Shown here: one piece after another, positions 46,628-56,037 of the stretch
How positions within the stretch are numbered: the stretch's first letter is position 1
Layout: every line of letters begins with the position of its first letter
From: Gemmatimonadales bacterium
GTDB lineage: Bacteria > Gemmatimonadota > Gemmatimonadetes > Gemmatimonadales > GWC2-71-9
Length of the DNA: 64,000 bases
Assembly: GCA_036505175.1 (NCBI GenBank)
Contig: DASXTV010000011.1
Span: 64,046-128,045, forward strand
Direction of reading: 5' to 3'
Position numbers and translations under genes: made by a program
Notes under the pieces: model-generated
Told to the model about the DNA's origin: nothing
Seen by the model: only the letters and a program-made list of their open reading frames with translations
Databases searched by the model: none

Positions 46628-46667
46628 GGCACGCGGGCCCACGCACCACGTACCACGCACCACGCAC
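46596..46667. repeat. long imperfect palindrome built from GGTGCGT heptamers and their complement
   Basis: GTGCGTGGTGCGTGGTGCGTGG (46603-46624) faces CCACGCACCACGTACCACGCACCACGCAC (46639-46667). It spans the stop of the upstream gene and ends at the start of the DUF309 gene. Confidence 0.85.
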
Positions 46668-47012
46668 GTGAAGCCAGAGGATCGCCGGCGGTACCTGCAA
46701 CATGCTCGCGACCTGTTCAATGCGGGCGAGTATTGGTTAGCGCACGAAGCGTTGGAAACAGTCTGGCGTTCTATTATTAAGGAAGCCGAGGCACGGGTGT
46801 GGCAGGGCTTCATCCAGGCCGCCGCCGCCCTGCTGCATCGGGCTCGCGGGAACCGCCACGGCACCGTCGTCGTTGGAGCGGCGGCGCTCGAGAAGCTGGC
46901 GGGCCCGCAGCTTCCCGACATCGAGTTCGAAACCGTACAATTTCGCGCGCAGCTGGCGCGCGCCCTGGCGGGTGAGGGGGATCCCCCGCGACTGGAATTC
47001 AGAAGCACATGA
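46668..47012 (+). CDS. DUF309-family protein
   Basis: GTG 46668. LFNAGEYWLAHEALETVW...WQGFIQAAAALLH is the DUF309 signature. Confidence 0.7.
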   Translation: MKPEDRRRYLQHARDLFNAGEYWLAHEALETVWRSIIKEAEARVWQGFIQAAAALLHRARGNRHGTVVVGAAALEKLAGPQLPDIEFETVQFRAQLARALAGEGDPPRLEFRST

Positions 47013-47980
47013 CCAAGCGTGTAGCACCCATTTACGACGTCGTCATCGTGGGTGCCGGTCCTGCGGGGCTGTGCGCCGCGCTGTACGCGGGGCGTGGCAT
47101 GCTCAAGGCGGTGACCATCGAGCGCGGCGCGCCGGGTGGCGAGCTGCTGAATACCGACCTGATCGAGGACTACATCGGGTTCGAGAGCATCAAGGGGTGG
47201 GAGCTCGCGCAGAAGATGACCGAGCACGCCAAGACGTTCGGCGCCGAAATCGTGACCGACACCGTGGAGCGCATCCACCGCGATGCGGATGGCTGGTTCG
47301 ATGTCGACACGGCGCGCGGCGACACCTATCGCAGTCAGGCGGTCATTCTCACCGCGGGCGGCACGCCGGTGAAACTCGGCGTGCCGGGAGAAAAAGAGTA
47401 CGCGGGTCGGGGCGTGTCGTACTGCGCGGTCTGCGATGGGGCGTTCTTCAAGGGCGAGCGGCTGGCGGTCGTCGGCGGTGGTGATGCGGCGGTCGAGGAG
47501 GCCGACTACCTCACGCGCTACGCCAGCAAAGTGCATCTCGTGCATCGCCGCGAAGAGTTTCGGGCGTCCAAGCTGCTGCAGGAGCGCGCGTTCGCGAATC
47601 CCAAAATCGAGGTGATCCGCAATACCACGGTGCCGGAAATCGTCGGCAATGAGAAAGGTGTCACCCACGCCGTGCTCGAGCACACCGCCACGGGCAAGCA
47701 GTCCCACCTCGACGTCGGGGGCGTGTTCATCTTCGCCGGATTCAAACCCAACACCCAGCTCGTGGACGGCCATGTGGATCACGACGCTGGCGGGTATATG
47801 ATCACGGACAACCGTATGATGACGTCGATGGCGGGGTTGTTCGCCGCGGGGGACGTGCGGAGCCAGGTCACCCGTCAGATCACGACGGCCGTTGGCGACG
47901 CGACGACCGCAGCGATTGCGGTCGAGAAATACCTCAAGTCGCTGCGCGAACAACACGGCGACGGCACAGGCAAGCAGTGA
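47009..47980 (+). CDS. trxB: thioredoxin-disulfide reductase
   Basis: DVVIVGAGPAG, redox-active CAVCDG, GGGDAAVEEA, FAAGDV motifs; 323 aa. Confidence 0.95.
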   Translation: MTKRVAPIYDVVIVGAGPAGLCAALYAGRGMLKAVTIERGAPGGELLNTDLIEDYIGFESIKGWELAQKMTEHAKTFGAEIVTDTVERIHRDADGWFDVDTARGDTYRSQAVILTAGGTPVKLGVPGEKEYAGRGVSYCAVCDGAFFKGERLAVVGGGDAAVEEADYLTRYASKVHLVHRREEFRASKLLQERAFANPKIEVIRNTTVPEIVGNEKGVTHAVLEHTATGKQSHLDVGGVFIFAGFKPNTQLVDGHVDHDAGGYMITDNRMMTSMAGLFAAGDVRSQVTRQITTAVGDATTAAIAVEKYLKSLREQHGDGTGKQ

Positions 47981-48618
47981 AGATCGTTTCGATTCCCAAC
48001 GGCATGTTCGCAGAGAATTGCTATCTCGTGGTGGACGAGCAGGCTGGCGCGTGCGCCATTGTGGATCCCGGCGAAGAAGCCGGCCTGATTCTTCACAAGG
48101 TCAAGGAAACCGGCGCGCAGCCCGTCGCGATCTGGCTGACGCACGCGCATCTCGACCATGTGCTCGGCGTGCCGAGGGTCGCCGCTGAAACAGGAGCGCC
48201 CGTGTGGCTGCATCCCGCCGACCGCCCGCTGTACGACGGCGTGCCGGAGCAGGCCGCCTGGTTTGGCCTCGCGCCCCCGGAACGGCTTCCCGCTCCCGAT
48301 CACGACCTGGCGCATGGCGCCGCGCTGCAGGTCGGCGACCTGCGCTTCGAGGTCCGGCATGCCCCCGGACACTCGCCCGGCAGCGTGTGCCTGCGGGGGC
48401 CGGGGGTCGTATTCACCGGCGACGTCCTGTTCGCGGGTTCGATCGGACGGACCGACCTGCCGGGCGGTGACTTCGGGACGCTGATCGCCAGCATCGAGCG
48501 CGAGTTGCTCCCGCTCTCCGATGACACCATCCTGTACAGCGGACATGGACCCGAAACCACCATCGGACGGGAGCGCCGCACAAATCCCTTCCTCACCGGC
48601 GCCTCCCGAATCGCCTAA
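47977..48618 (+). CDS. MBL-fold metallo-hydrolase (glyoxalase II-like)
   Basis: THAHLDH metal motif, HAPGHSPG, GRTD; 213 aa. GTG overlaps the trxB stop. Confidence 0.85.
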   Translation: MKIVSIPNGMFAENCYLVVDEQAGACAIVDPGEEAGLILHKVKETGAQPVAIWLTHAHLDHVLGVPRVAAETGAPVWLHPADRPLYDGVPEQAAWFGLAPPERLPAPDHDLAHGAALQVGDLRFEVRHAPGHSPGSVCLRGPGVVFTGDVLFAGSIGRTDLPGGDFGTLIASIERELLPLSDDTILYSGHGPETTIGRERRTNPFLTGASRIA

Positions 48619-48634
48619 GCAGCGGCCGCGTTGC

Positions 48635-48733
48635 ATGCGCTGCGCGGCCGAGGTCCAGAAGAAGCCCTGGGGCTGCAAGAATCCGTGTCCGAATTGCGGG
48701 TTCCTCTATCCTCTGGGCGACTGCTCCGATTGA
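48635..48733 (+). CDS. possible 32-aa cysteine-rich (zinc-ribbon-like) peptide
   Basis: MRCAAEVQKKPWGCKNPCPNCGFLYPLGDCSD. Its stop overlaps the TTG start of the next gene (TTGA). Confidence 0.3.
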   Translation: MRCAAEVQKKPWGCKNPCPNCGFLYPLGDCSD

Positions 48734-49596
48734 ATCACGTCCTCGCGATTCTCCTGCTGGTGATCGACTGCGCGGCCCGCGCGGGGCGCATTCAGCTCGC
48801 CAGCTGGGCGGCCGGAGGGCACCTCACCCTTCGCGATGCGCTGCGCTTGAACCTGTACGGCGAAGCGGCTTCCACGTTCACACCCAATCGCCTCGGCGGT
48901 GAGCCCGCCCGCTTCCTCGGCATGACGTGGTCGGGGCTGCGGGTGGTGATGGCGCTGGTGGCGCTCGGCGTGGAGGTCGCGGCGGAATGGCCTGTGTTCG
49001 GCATCGTGGCGGTCGCGCTGGCCGCGTACTACGTGCCCGATTGGAGCGCGGCGGCGGACCGGTTCCTGTCGCACAGTTTGGCCCGCGACTTGTTGGGGAT
49101 CGAGCTCATCGCGCTCGTGCTCCTGATCGTCATCTGGACGCTGCAGCGGTTCGTCCGGCCCGGCGCCATCCGCCATCGCGTGCGGCGGCAATGGCGCGTC
49201 GCCCTGGCGCACGTCCGGCGGGCGCCGTGGTGGGTCTTGTTTGTGGGCGCGCTGCTGACCGTCATCAGCCTCGCGGCGCGAGCGCTGATCTTGCCGGCGC
49301 TGGTGTGGGGTCACGCCGCTGCACCGCCCTTCAGCGTGATGTTGTTCGGTTCGCTGGCGCTGCTGCACGCGCCGCTCGTCGTGCCGCTGCCGTCGGGCGG
49401 CGGCGGGATCGAAGTCGCGTTCCTGTCGGGATTCGCCGGAGACTTCGGACCGGGCCATCAGGTGATGATGCTGTTGCTGTGGCGTTTCTACACGACCATT
49501 CTGCTGACCGTGCTCGGTATGTATTTGCTGGTCCGGACGCACGGCGTGGCGGCGGCGAAGGAGCTGTTCACGGTCGGTTGGTTCCAGCGGCGCTAG
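48730..49596 (+). CDS. flippase-like / lysylphosphatidylglycerol-synthase TM-region family (UPF0104) membrane protein
   Basis: TTG 48730 gives (M)NHVLAILLLVIDCAARAGRIQL; multi-TM; TPNRLGGEPARF motif. The alternative start TTG 48631 would add a non-hydrophobic 33-aa extension. Confidence 0.65.
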   Translation: MNHVLAILLLVIDCAARAGRIQLASWAAGGHLTLRDALRLNLYGEAASTFTPNRLGGEPARFLGMTWSGLRVVMALVALGVEVAAEWPVFGIVAVALAAYYVPDWSAAADRFLSHSLARDLLGIELIALVLLIVIWTLQRFVRPGAIRHRVRRQWRVALAHVRRAPWWVLFVGALLTVISLAARALILPALVWGHAAAPPFSVMLFGSLALLHAPLVVPLPSGGGGIEVAFLSGFAGDFGPGHQVMMLLLWRFYTTILLTVLGMYLLVRTHGVAAAKELFTVGWFQRR

Positions 49597-49610
49597 CGGG
49601 GACAGATTCT

Positions 49611-51068
49611 ATGGGCGATTCTTGGCTCGAAACTAACGGGATTGTGGAAGCAGTGACGCAGACACGTATGGAGCGTGACCCGCTGGGAGAGATGGCGGTG
49701 CCCGCCGAGGCGTTGTGGGGCATCCAGACCGAGCGCGCGCGGCAAAATTTCCCGATTTCAAACCTCCGGCCGCTCCCCGCGTTCGTCGATGCCGTCATCC
49801 GCATCAAGAAAGCCGCCGCCCTGACCCACCGGGAGACCGGGCGTCTGAACGCGAAACTCGCGGACGCGATCATCAAGGCCGCGGACGAAGTCCTCTCCGG
49901 CGGGCATCGCGAGCACTTCGTCGTCGACCCGTATCAGGCGGGCGCCGGCACCTCCCACAACATGAATTGCAATGAGGTGCTGGCGAACCGCGCCAATGAG
50001 CTGCTGGGCTCGGGGCGCGGCGAATACAAGCCGGTCCATCCCAACGATCACGTCAACATGGCGCAATCGACGAACGACGTGATCCCTACCGCGATCCGCC
50101 TCGGCGCCTTGGCGCAGCTGGCGGCGCTGACCGAATCGCTCACGCGTCTCGCGCGCGCGCTCACGGCGAAAGCCACGGCCTTCGACGACATCGTGAAGTC
50201 GGGCCGTACGCACCTGCAGGATGCGACGCCGGTGCGGCTCGGCCAGGAATTCGCTGCATTCGCCCACAGCGTCGAGCGCAACCGCGAGCGGATCATGCGC
50301 GCCGCGGACGATCTGCGCGATTTGGGGATTGGGGGCACCGCGGTCGGAACGGGCCTCAACGCCGAGCCGCAATACCCCGGACTGATGGTCAAGCACCTCC
50401 GCGCGATCTGCGACTTCGAGCTGCGCGAGGGCGCCGACCGGGTGCAACTGATGCAGTCGATGGGCGACGCAGCGGCATTTTCGGGCGCCCTGCGCACCTA
50501 CGCCGCCGACCTCGGCAAGATCGCGAGCGACCTGCGGCTGCTCGCTTCCGGACCGCGCACCGGTTTGGCGGAGATCGTGCTGCCGGCCGTGCAACCGGGC
50601 TCGAGCATCATGCCCGGGAAAGTGAATCCATCGATCGCGGAAATGGTGAATCAGGTCTGCTTCCAGGTGATCGGGAACGACGTGACCGTGACCGCCGCCG
50701 CGGAGGCGGGGCAGCTCGAGCTGAACGTGATGATGCCGGTCATCGCGCACAATCTGTTGTTCTCGATGAGCATCCTCACCACCGCGACCCGCGTGCTGGC
50801 GGAGCGCTGCGTCGAGGGGATCGAAGCCGACGCGGAGCAATGCGCGCACTGGCTGGAGCGCAGTCCGGCGCTCGTCACGGCGCTGGCGCCGACGATTGGT
50901 TACGCCGAAGCCGCGAACCTGGCGAAGGAAGCCGTGGCCAAGAACGTCACCGTGCGGCAGATCGTGATGGAGAAGGGACTGTTGAAAGGGAAAGCGCTGG
51001 AGGAGGTGCTCGATTTGCGGGCGATGACGGAGCTGGGTGTGCCGGGCGAGCGGCAACGCCGGAAATGA
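49611..51068 (+). CDS. aspA: aspartate ammonia-lyase (class II fumarase/aspartase superfamily)
   Basis: ATG 49611. QAGAGTSHNMNCNEVLANRA and GSSIMPGKVNPSIAEMVNQVCFQVIGND (aspartase-like variant of the signature). The track ORF 48927..51068 has a spurious extension. Confidence 0.8.
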   Translation: MGDSWLETNGIVEAVTQTRMERDPLGEMAVPAEALWGIQTERARQNFPISNLRPLPAFVDAVIRIKKAAALTHRETGRLNAKLADAIIKAADEVLSGGHREHFVVDPYQAGAGTSHNMNCNEVLANRANELLGSGRGEYKPVHPNDHVNMAQSTNDVIPTAIRLGALAQLAALTESLTRLARALTAKATAFDDIVKSGRTHLQDATPVRLGQEFAAFAHSVERNRERIMRAADDLRDLGIGGTAVGTGLNAEPQYPGLMVKHLRAICDFELREGADRVQLMQSMGDAAAFSGALRTYAADLGKIASDLRLLASGPRTGLAEIVLPAVQPGSSIMPGKVNPSIAEMVNQVCFQVIGNDVTVTAAAEAGQLELNVMMPVIAHNLLFSMSILTTATRVLAERCVEGIEADAEQCAHWLERSPALVTALAPTIGYAEAANLAKEAVAKNVTVRQIVMEKGLLKGKALEEVLDLRAMTELGVPGERQRRK

Positions 51069-51090
51069 CTCTCACAGCGGAGACGCACCT

Positions 51091-51510
51091 ATGAACAGCT
51101 GGATCGTTGCCGGACTGATCGCAGGCGTCGTCGCGTACCTCGTAGACTGGGTCATGTGGAGCAAGGTCTTCACCACCGGCCTGGATGCGTTCGTCACACA
51201 GATGACGCCGGAGGAGATGAAGCGCTTCATGGGTCCGGCGTTGGCGAAGTCGGCGGTGCTGACGCTCGCGTTTGGTCTGCTGCTGGCCTGGTTCTACGGT
51301 CGGTTCCGCGGCGCGCTGTGGGTGCGGAACGGCGGGCCGCTCGCGGGGATGGAGTTCGCGACGGTGCTGTGGCTGCCGACGATTTTCCTCGCCATGGTCG
51401 GGAGCGGGGTCTGGTACGCCAAAGTGCGGCAGCTGCAAATGGCCACGTGTTGGGAATGGCTGGTGCGCATGAACGCGGCCGGTCTCGTGGTGGGATTGCT
51501 CATGAAGTGA
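51091..51510 (+). CDS. hypothetical membrane protein (4 TM)
   Basis: ATG 51091 after GGAGA. MNSWIVAGLIAGVVAYLVDWVMW... Confidence 0.6.
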   Translation: MNSWIVAGLIAGVVAYLVDWVMWSKVFTTGLDAFVTQMTPEEMKRFMGPALAKSAVLTLAFGLLLAWFYGRFRGALWVRNGGPLAGMEFATVLWLPTIFLAMVGSGVWYAKVRQLQMATCWEWLVRMNAAGLVVGLLMK

Positions 51511-51555
51511 CCGGAGTCACGGCCCCGGCGCGCGCGATGGGGTAGAAGTGTCCGC

Positions 51556-52596
51556 ATGCGTACCCTGATGATTGTCCTCATCGCGCTCGCGGTTGCCGGC
51601 AATGCCGCGGCGCAGCGCCGTGCGCGCATCGGCCCCACCGTCTCCAGCATCTCACTCGAAAACGGGTCCGGCGGCAGCAACTCCTTCACGTCGTTTGGCG
51701 GCAGCCTCGCATTTCTCTCCGGCGACGACGGCGAAGTCGGCATCGGGGCGTCGCGCTACAGCGACCTCTCGAGCAGCAGCTGCGTTCGGCAGATGACGTT
51801 TGTCGGACTCGAGTCGAACTACTATCCCGTCGGAGCGAAAAGCGTGGCGCCGTTCGCGTCGAGCGCCGTAGGGTTGGCGCGTGTGCTCGATCAGGATCCG
51901 ACGCTCACTCCACTGCTGGGCTGCAACACATCCGCACAAACGAGCAACGAGCTCGGGTTGGGCTTCGGTCTCGGCGTGCGCGTCAATCTTGGCAACCAGG
52001 CCGCCGCCCTCGTCGAGGGGCGGTTCTTTCAAGTCCCGAACAGCGCCATCAAGGCCCTCGAAGGGCGCGCCAACGTGTCGTTCGCGTTCGGCAGTCCGAG
52101 CAAGAAGTGGCAATTGCTGAACGGCACCCTCGGGCCGGCCGTTGGCGTGCTGACACCGCTCAGTGGGCCCCTCCAAGGTCGCGGGCCGACGGTGGGCGTC
52201 CGCTTCCGCCGTGACCAAAAGAAGGGCGGGTCGCTCGGCTTGCAGATCGATTACGCGCCATTGCGCGTGAGGACCGGCTGCACGGCCAATTGTGATCCGT
52301 ACGCGATCCTGTTCGCCCCCGGATATGAGCCTTCGCTGCACCCCGCCTGGGGACGCGTTTACGTGGAGCTCGGCCTGTTGCTCGCGGGCTTCCCGCAGAT
52401 CGGCGACGATCGCGGCGTCGCCCAGGGTGCACACGGCGGTCTCGGCGCCGACATCTTCAGTGGTCGGACGCTGATGACGAACGTCAATGCGCGGGTCTTG
52501 TGGATGCAGCGGAATGATCCGAACAACCGCAATGCGTTCATCGTCCAGGTGGCTGCCAGTCTGAGCCCACGGCTGGAGCATCAGACGAGCCATTGA
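51556..52596 (+). CDS. hypothetical outer-membrane beta-barrel-like protein
   Basis: Signal peptide MRTLMIVLIALAVAGNAAAQ. Alternating beta-strand pattern, e.g. LGLGFGLGVRVNLG. Confidence 0.6.
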   Translation: MRTLMIVLIALAVAGNAAAQRRARIGPTVSSISLENGSGGSNSFTSFGGSLAFLSGDDGEVGIGASRYSDLSSSSCVRQMTFVGLESNYYPVGAKSVAPFASSAVGLARVLDQDPTLTPLLGCNTSAQTSNELGLGFGLGVRVNLGNQAAALVEGRFFQVPNSAIKALEGRANVSFAFGSPSKKWQLLNGTLGPAVGVLTPLSGPLQGRGPTVGVRFRRDQKKGGSLGLQIDYAPLRVRTGCTANCDPYAILFAPGYEPSLHPAWGRVYVELGLLLAGFPQIGDDRGVAQGAHGGLGADIFSGRTLMTNVNARVLWMQRNDPNNRNAFIVQVAASLSPRLEHQTSH

Positions 52597-52627
52597 ATCC
52601 CGATAACATCTCTCGCATATTCCTCCC

Positions 52628-53080
52628 ATGCGCGTCACAACCTGGGCGGAATACGGCCTCATCGTGTCGATCCATCTGGCACGGGAAATGGGGAAGGGCC
52701 CCGTCGCCGCACGCGAGCTGTCCGAGCAGGAACGCCTGCCGCATGACTACGTCGAGCAGATTCTGTTGCGCCTGCGCCGCGCGGGTTTGGTCGAGTCGGT
52801 GCGCGGCGCCCGCGGCGGCTATATGCTGGCGCGCGAGCCGCACGCCGTGAGTGTGAAGGACGTCATCGAGGCCTCGGAGCACGTGACGTTCGAGGTGAAC
52901 TGTGACCTGCATCGCGTGGACGATGAGCGCTGCGATCCGGCGACCGCTTGCAGCATTCGTCCCGTCTGGCGCCTGCTCGAACGGCGCATTAACGAAGTGC
53001 TCGCCGGCGTCACGCTCGCCGATCTGCTGCACGCCGAGCCCCAGGTCTATCAGATCGCCGGGGTCGCGTCCGGAAATTGA
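52628..53080 (+). CDS. Rrf2-family transcriptional regulator
   Basis: MRVTTWAEYGLIVSIHLA...LLRLRRAGLVESVRGARGGYMLAR. Confidence 0.9.
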   Translation: MRVTTWAEYGLIVSIHLAREMGKGPVAARELSEQERLPHDYVEQILLRLRRAGLVESVRGARGGYMLAREPHAVSVKDVIEASEHVTFEVNCDLHRVDDERCDPATACSIRPVWRLLERRINEVLAGVTLADLLHAEPQVYQIAGVASGN

Positions 53081-54219
53081 CGCAGCTGTCGCCTGGGGAG
53101 CTGCTGCGGTACTCGCGGCACCTCACGCTTCCCGATGTAGGTCTCGAAGGCCAAGCGAAACTGCGCGACGCGCGCGTCGTACTCATCGGCGCGGGCGGAT
53201 TGGGATCCCCGGCGGCGCTGTATCTCGCCGCGGCGGGCGTCGGGACTCTCGGCATCGTTGATTTCGATCTGGTCGATCCCAGCAACCTGCAACGCCAGAT
53301 CCTCCACGGCACTTCCGGTATCGGCACACCCAAGATCGACTCAGCGCGCGAGCGGCTGCGTGACGTCAATCCGCACGTGCAAATCGAAGCGTTCGGCGAG
53401 AAGCTCACCTCGGCCAACGCGCTCGCGATCCTTCGCGAGTTCGACATCGTGGTCGATGGCTCCGACAATTTCCCGACGCGGTATCTCGTCAACGATGCAT
53501 GCGTGCTGCTCGGCAAGCCCAACGTGTACGGCTCGGTCTTCCGGTTCGACGGACAGGTGTCCGTGTTTTACGCGAAGCAGGGCCCGTGCTACCGCTGTCT
53601 CTACGCCGAGCCACCGCCGCCCGATCTCGTGCCGTCGTGCGCGGACGGTGGCGTGCTCGGAGTCTTGCCCGGGATCATCGGGTCCCTGCAGGCGCTCGAA
53701 GCGATCAAGCTCATCGTCGGATTCGGCGAGTCGTTGATCGGCCGTCTGGTGCTCTTCGACGGCCGGCGCATGCAGTTCCGCGAGCTCGCGCTACAGAAGG
53801 ATCCCGACTGTCCGGTGTGCGGTGAGCATCCGACCGTCACTGCATTGATCGATTACGAAGCGTTCTGCGGAGTAGGAGCCGGGAGTCTGGAGTCAGGAGA
53901 CGGGGTCGAAATTTCCGCGCGAGACCTTCAGCACGAGCGCGCTCGCAAACCCAATCTCTTGCTCATCGATGTCCGTGAGCCGCTCGAGGCCGAGATCGCG
54001 CGCATCGAAGGCGCGCGACTGATCCCGCTGCGTGAGCTGCCGCGTCGAATATCCGAGCTGGCGGGACAAGCGGAGATCGTGACGCACTGCCATCACGGCC
54101 AGCGTTCGTTGCAGGCACGGGAGATTCTCAAGGGAGCCGGTTTTGCGAACGTCAGAAGTCTTGCAGGCGGAATTGATGCGTGGTCTCGGGAAATCGATTC
54201 CAGTGTTCCCCGGTACTAG
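53077..54219 (+). CDS. moeB: ThiF/MoeB-type adenylyltransferase fused to a rhodanese domain (MoeZ-like)
   Basis: LLRYSRHLTLPDVGLEGQAKL, GAGGLGSPAALYLAAAGVG, CxxC pairs (CYRC, CPVC), C-terminal rhodanese active site HCHHGQRS. TTG overlaps the Rrf2 stop. Confidence 0.9.
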   Translation: MTQLSPGELLRYSRHLTLPDVGLEGQAKLRDARVVLIGAGGLGSPAALYLAAAGVGTLGIVDFDLVDPSNLQRQILHGTSGIGTPKIDSARERLRDVNPHVQIEAFGEKLTSANALAILREFDIVVDGSDNFPTRYLVNDACVLLGKPNVYGSVFRFDGQVSVFYAKQGPCYRCLYAEPPPPDLVPSCADGGVLGVLPGIIGSLQALEAIKLIVGFGESLIGRLVLFDGRRMQFRELALQKDPDCPVCGEHPTVTALIDYEAFCGVGAGSLESGDGVEISARDLQHERARKPNLLLIDVREPLEAEIARIEGARLIPLRELPRRISELAGQAEIVTHCHHGQRSLQAREILKGAGFANVRSLAGGIDAWSREIDSSVPRY

Positions 54220-54236
54220 TACGTTTTCTTTCAAGG

Positions 54237-54321
<85 letters not shown>

Positions 54322-54421
54322 AATTACTAGACGTCTCGACGTCTAGACGTCTAGGTTTTGAGGAACGGCAATCTAGAACGTTGTATAACCCCAAGTCAAT
54401 GCGTATCTTGCCGACGACAGC

Positions 54422-54877
54422 GTGGAAAAAATCTCCATCGCCAGGAACCCTAAAGCCCGGCACGATTACCATCTCCTGGAGACGTGGGAGGCGGGACTCG
54501 TGCTTACAGGCACCGAGGTAAAATCGCTGCGTGATCGCAAGGCGAGTTTGAGTGAAGCCTACGCCCATGTGCGCAACGGCGAGGTCTGGCTGGAAGGCAT
54601 GACGATTTCGCACTACGGGCCCGGGAGTTACAACAATCCGCCGCCCGCTCGTTCCCGCAAACTCCTCCTCCACAAACGCGAAATCCGCAAGCTGCTCGGC
54701 GCCACGACGCAGAAGGGTCTCACGGTTGTGCCGCTCGAGGTCTACTTCAAGGATGGATTGGCCAAGGTCGCGATTGCGCTCGCGAAAGCGAAGAAGGCGC
54801 ACGACAAGCGCGAGGAGCTGAAGCGGCGCGTCGCCGAGCGCGAGATGGCGCGCGTGGTGAAGGGCAGACGGTCATGA
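54422..54877 (+). CDS. smpB: SsrA-binding protein
   Basis: IARNPKARHDYHLLETWEAGLVLTGTEVKSLR...KLLLHKREI signature. GTG start. Confidence 0.95.
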   Translation: MEKISIARNPKARHDYHLLETWEAGLVLTGTEVKSLRDRKASLSEAYAHVRNGEVWLEGMTISHYGPGSYNNPPPARSRKLLLHKREIRKLLGATTQKGLTVVPLEVYFKDGLAKVAIALAKAKKAHDKREELKRRVAEREMARVVKGRRS

Positions 54878-56037
54878 TGGTGCTCCTGCTGCTCGCTGGC
54901 CTGCTGCCGCAGCAGGTCCTGATCGCAACGTCGCGCGGGCAGGCCAGCATTCCCGTCACCACGGAAACGGGTGCTGCGGCTGTGGCGGCGGTGCTGCTCG
55001 CGCAGCCGCTGGGAGTGGGGGTCTCGCTCGACGGCTCCGCGGCACGCGTCACGCTGGGGGACCGCGTATTCGTGTTCGACGTCGGATCGCCGTTCTTCCG
55101 CTGCGACAGTGCAGCCTATCCGCTTGTCGGTGCGCCGTACGTTGCGCGGGACACGCTGTTCTTACCGCTGCACTGGCTGACCAATTACGTGCCCCGGATG
55201 CTGGCATCCCGCTACCGCTGGGACCCGTGGTTGGCCCGGTTGGACGAGCGGCCGGCACCCCCGCTTCCCCCGGTGGCAACCGTGCCCAATCCGATCACCG
55301 GTTTGCGGCTCGCGCACACGATCGTCGTGGATCCGGGGCATGGCGGGATCGATCCCGGCAACCCGGGGCTGCACTTCCCCCGCGGTCTCACGGAAAAAGA
55401 CATCACTCTGGGGATCGGCAAGCTGCTGCGGGCGGAGCTGGTGCGGCGCGGACTCAGCGTCGTCCTCACGCGCTCGACCGACACCCTGATCGACCTCGCG
55501 AATCGGCCGCTCTTCTGCCGCGCCGACTGCGATCTGTTCGTCAGTATTCACGTGAATGCGATGCCCGCGGGCCGGCGCCAAACACAAGTGAACGGCGTGG
55601 AAACGTATTTCGTCTCCGATGCCAAAACTGAAGATCAGAAGCGTGTGGCACAGATGGAAAACGACGCGCTGCGGTTTGAGACCGATCCGGTGCTCGACCG
55701 CGGCGGCCCGCTCGGGTTCATCCTCCACGATCTGCAGCTGAACGAATACCTCCGGGAATCCGCGCGACTCGCCGAGCTGGTGCAGGGTAAGGTTGCCGAG
55801 ATACATCCAGGGGAGGATCGCGGCGTGCAGCAAGGCCCCTTCCTGGTGCTGGCGGCGGCGCGCCGACCCGCCATCCTCGTCGAAGCGGGCTTCGCGACCA
55901 ATCGCGGCGATGGGGCCTTCCTCGCATCCGCACTGGGACAACGCAAGATCGCGATGGCGATCGCCGACGGCATGGTCGCCTATCTGCTGGAGTTCGAGCG
56001 GAAGCTCATCGGTACCGGGGGTGGTCGCGGGCGATGA
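54874..56037 (+). CDS. N-acetylmuramoyl-L-alanine amidase (Amidase_3 family)
   Basis: ATG overlaps the smpB stop (ATGA). VVDPGHGGIDPG, LFVSIHVNA, ILVEAGFATN motifs. Confidence 0.85.
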   Translation: MMVLLLLAGLLPQQVLIATSRGQASIPVTTETGAAAVAAVLLAQPLGVGVSLDGSAARVTLGDRVFVFDVGSPFFRCDSAAYPLVGAPYVARDTLFLPLHWLTNYVPRMLASRYRWDPWLARLDERPAPPLPPVATVPNPITGLRLAHTIVVDPGHGGIDPGNPGLHFPRGLTEKDITLGIGKLLRAELVRRGLSVVLTRSTDTLIDLANRPLFCRADCDLFVSIHVNAMPAGRRQTQVNGVETYFVSDAKTEDQKRVAQMENDALRFETDPVLDRGGPLGFILHDLQLNEYLRESARLAELVQGKVAEIHPGEDRGVQQGPFLVLAAARRPAILVEAGFATNRGDGAFLASALGQRKIAMAIADGMVAYLLEFERKLIGTGGGRGR

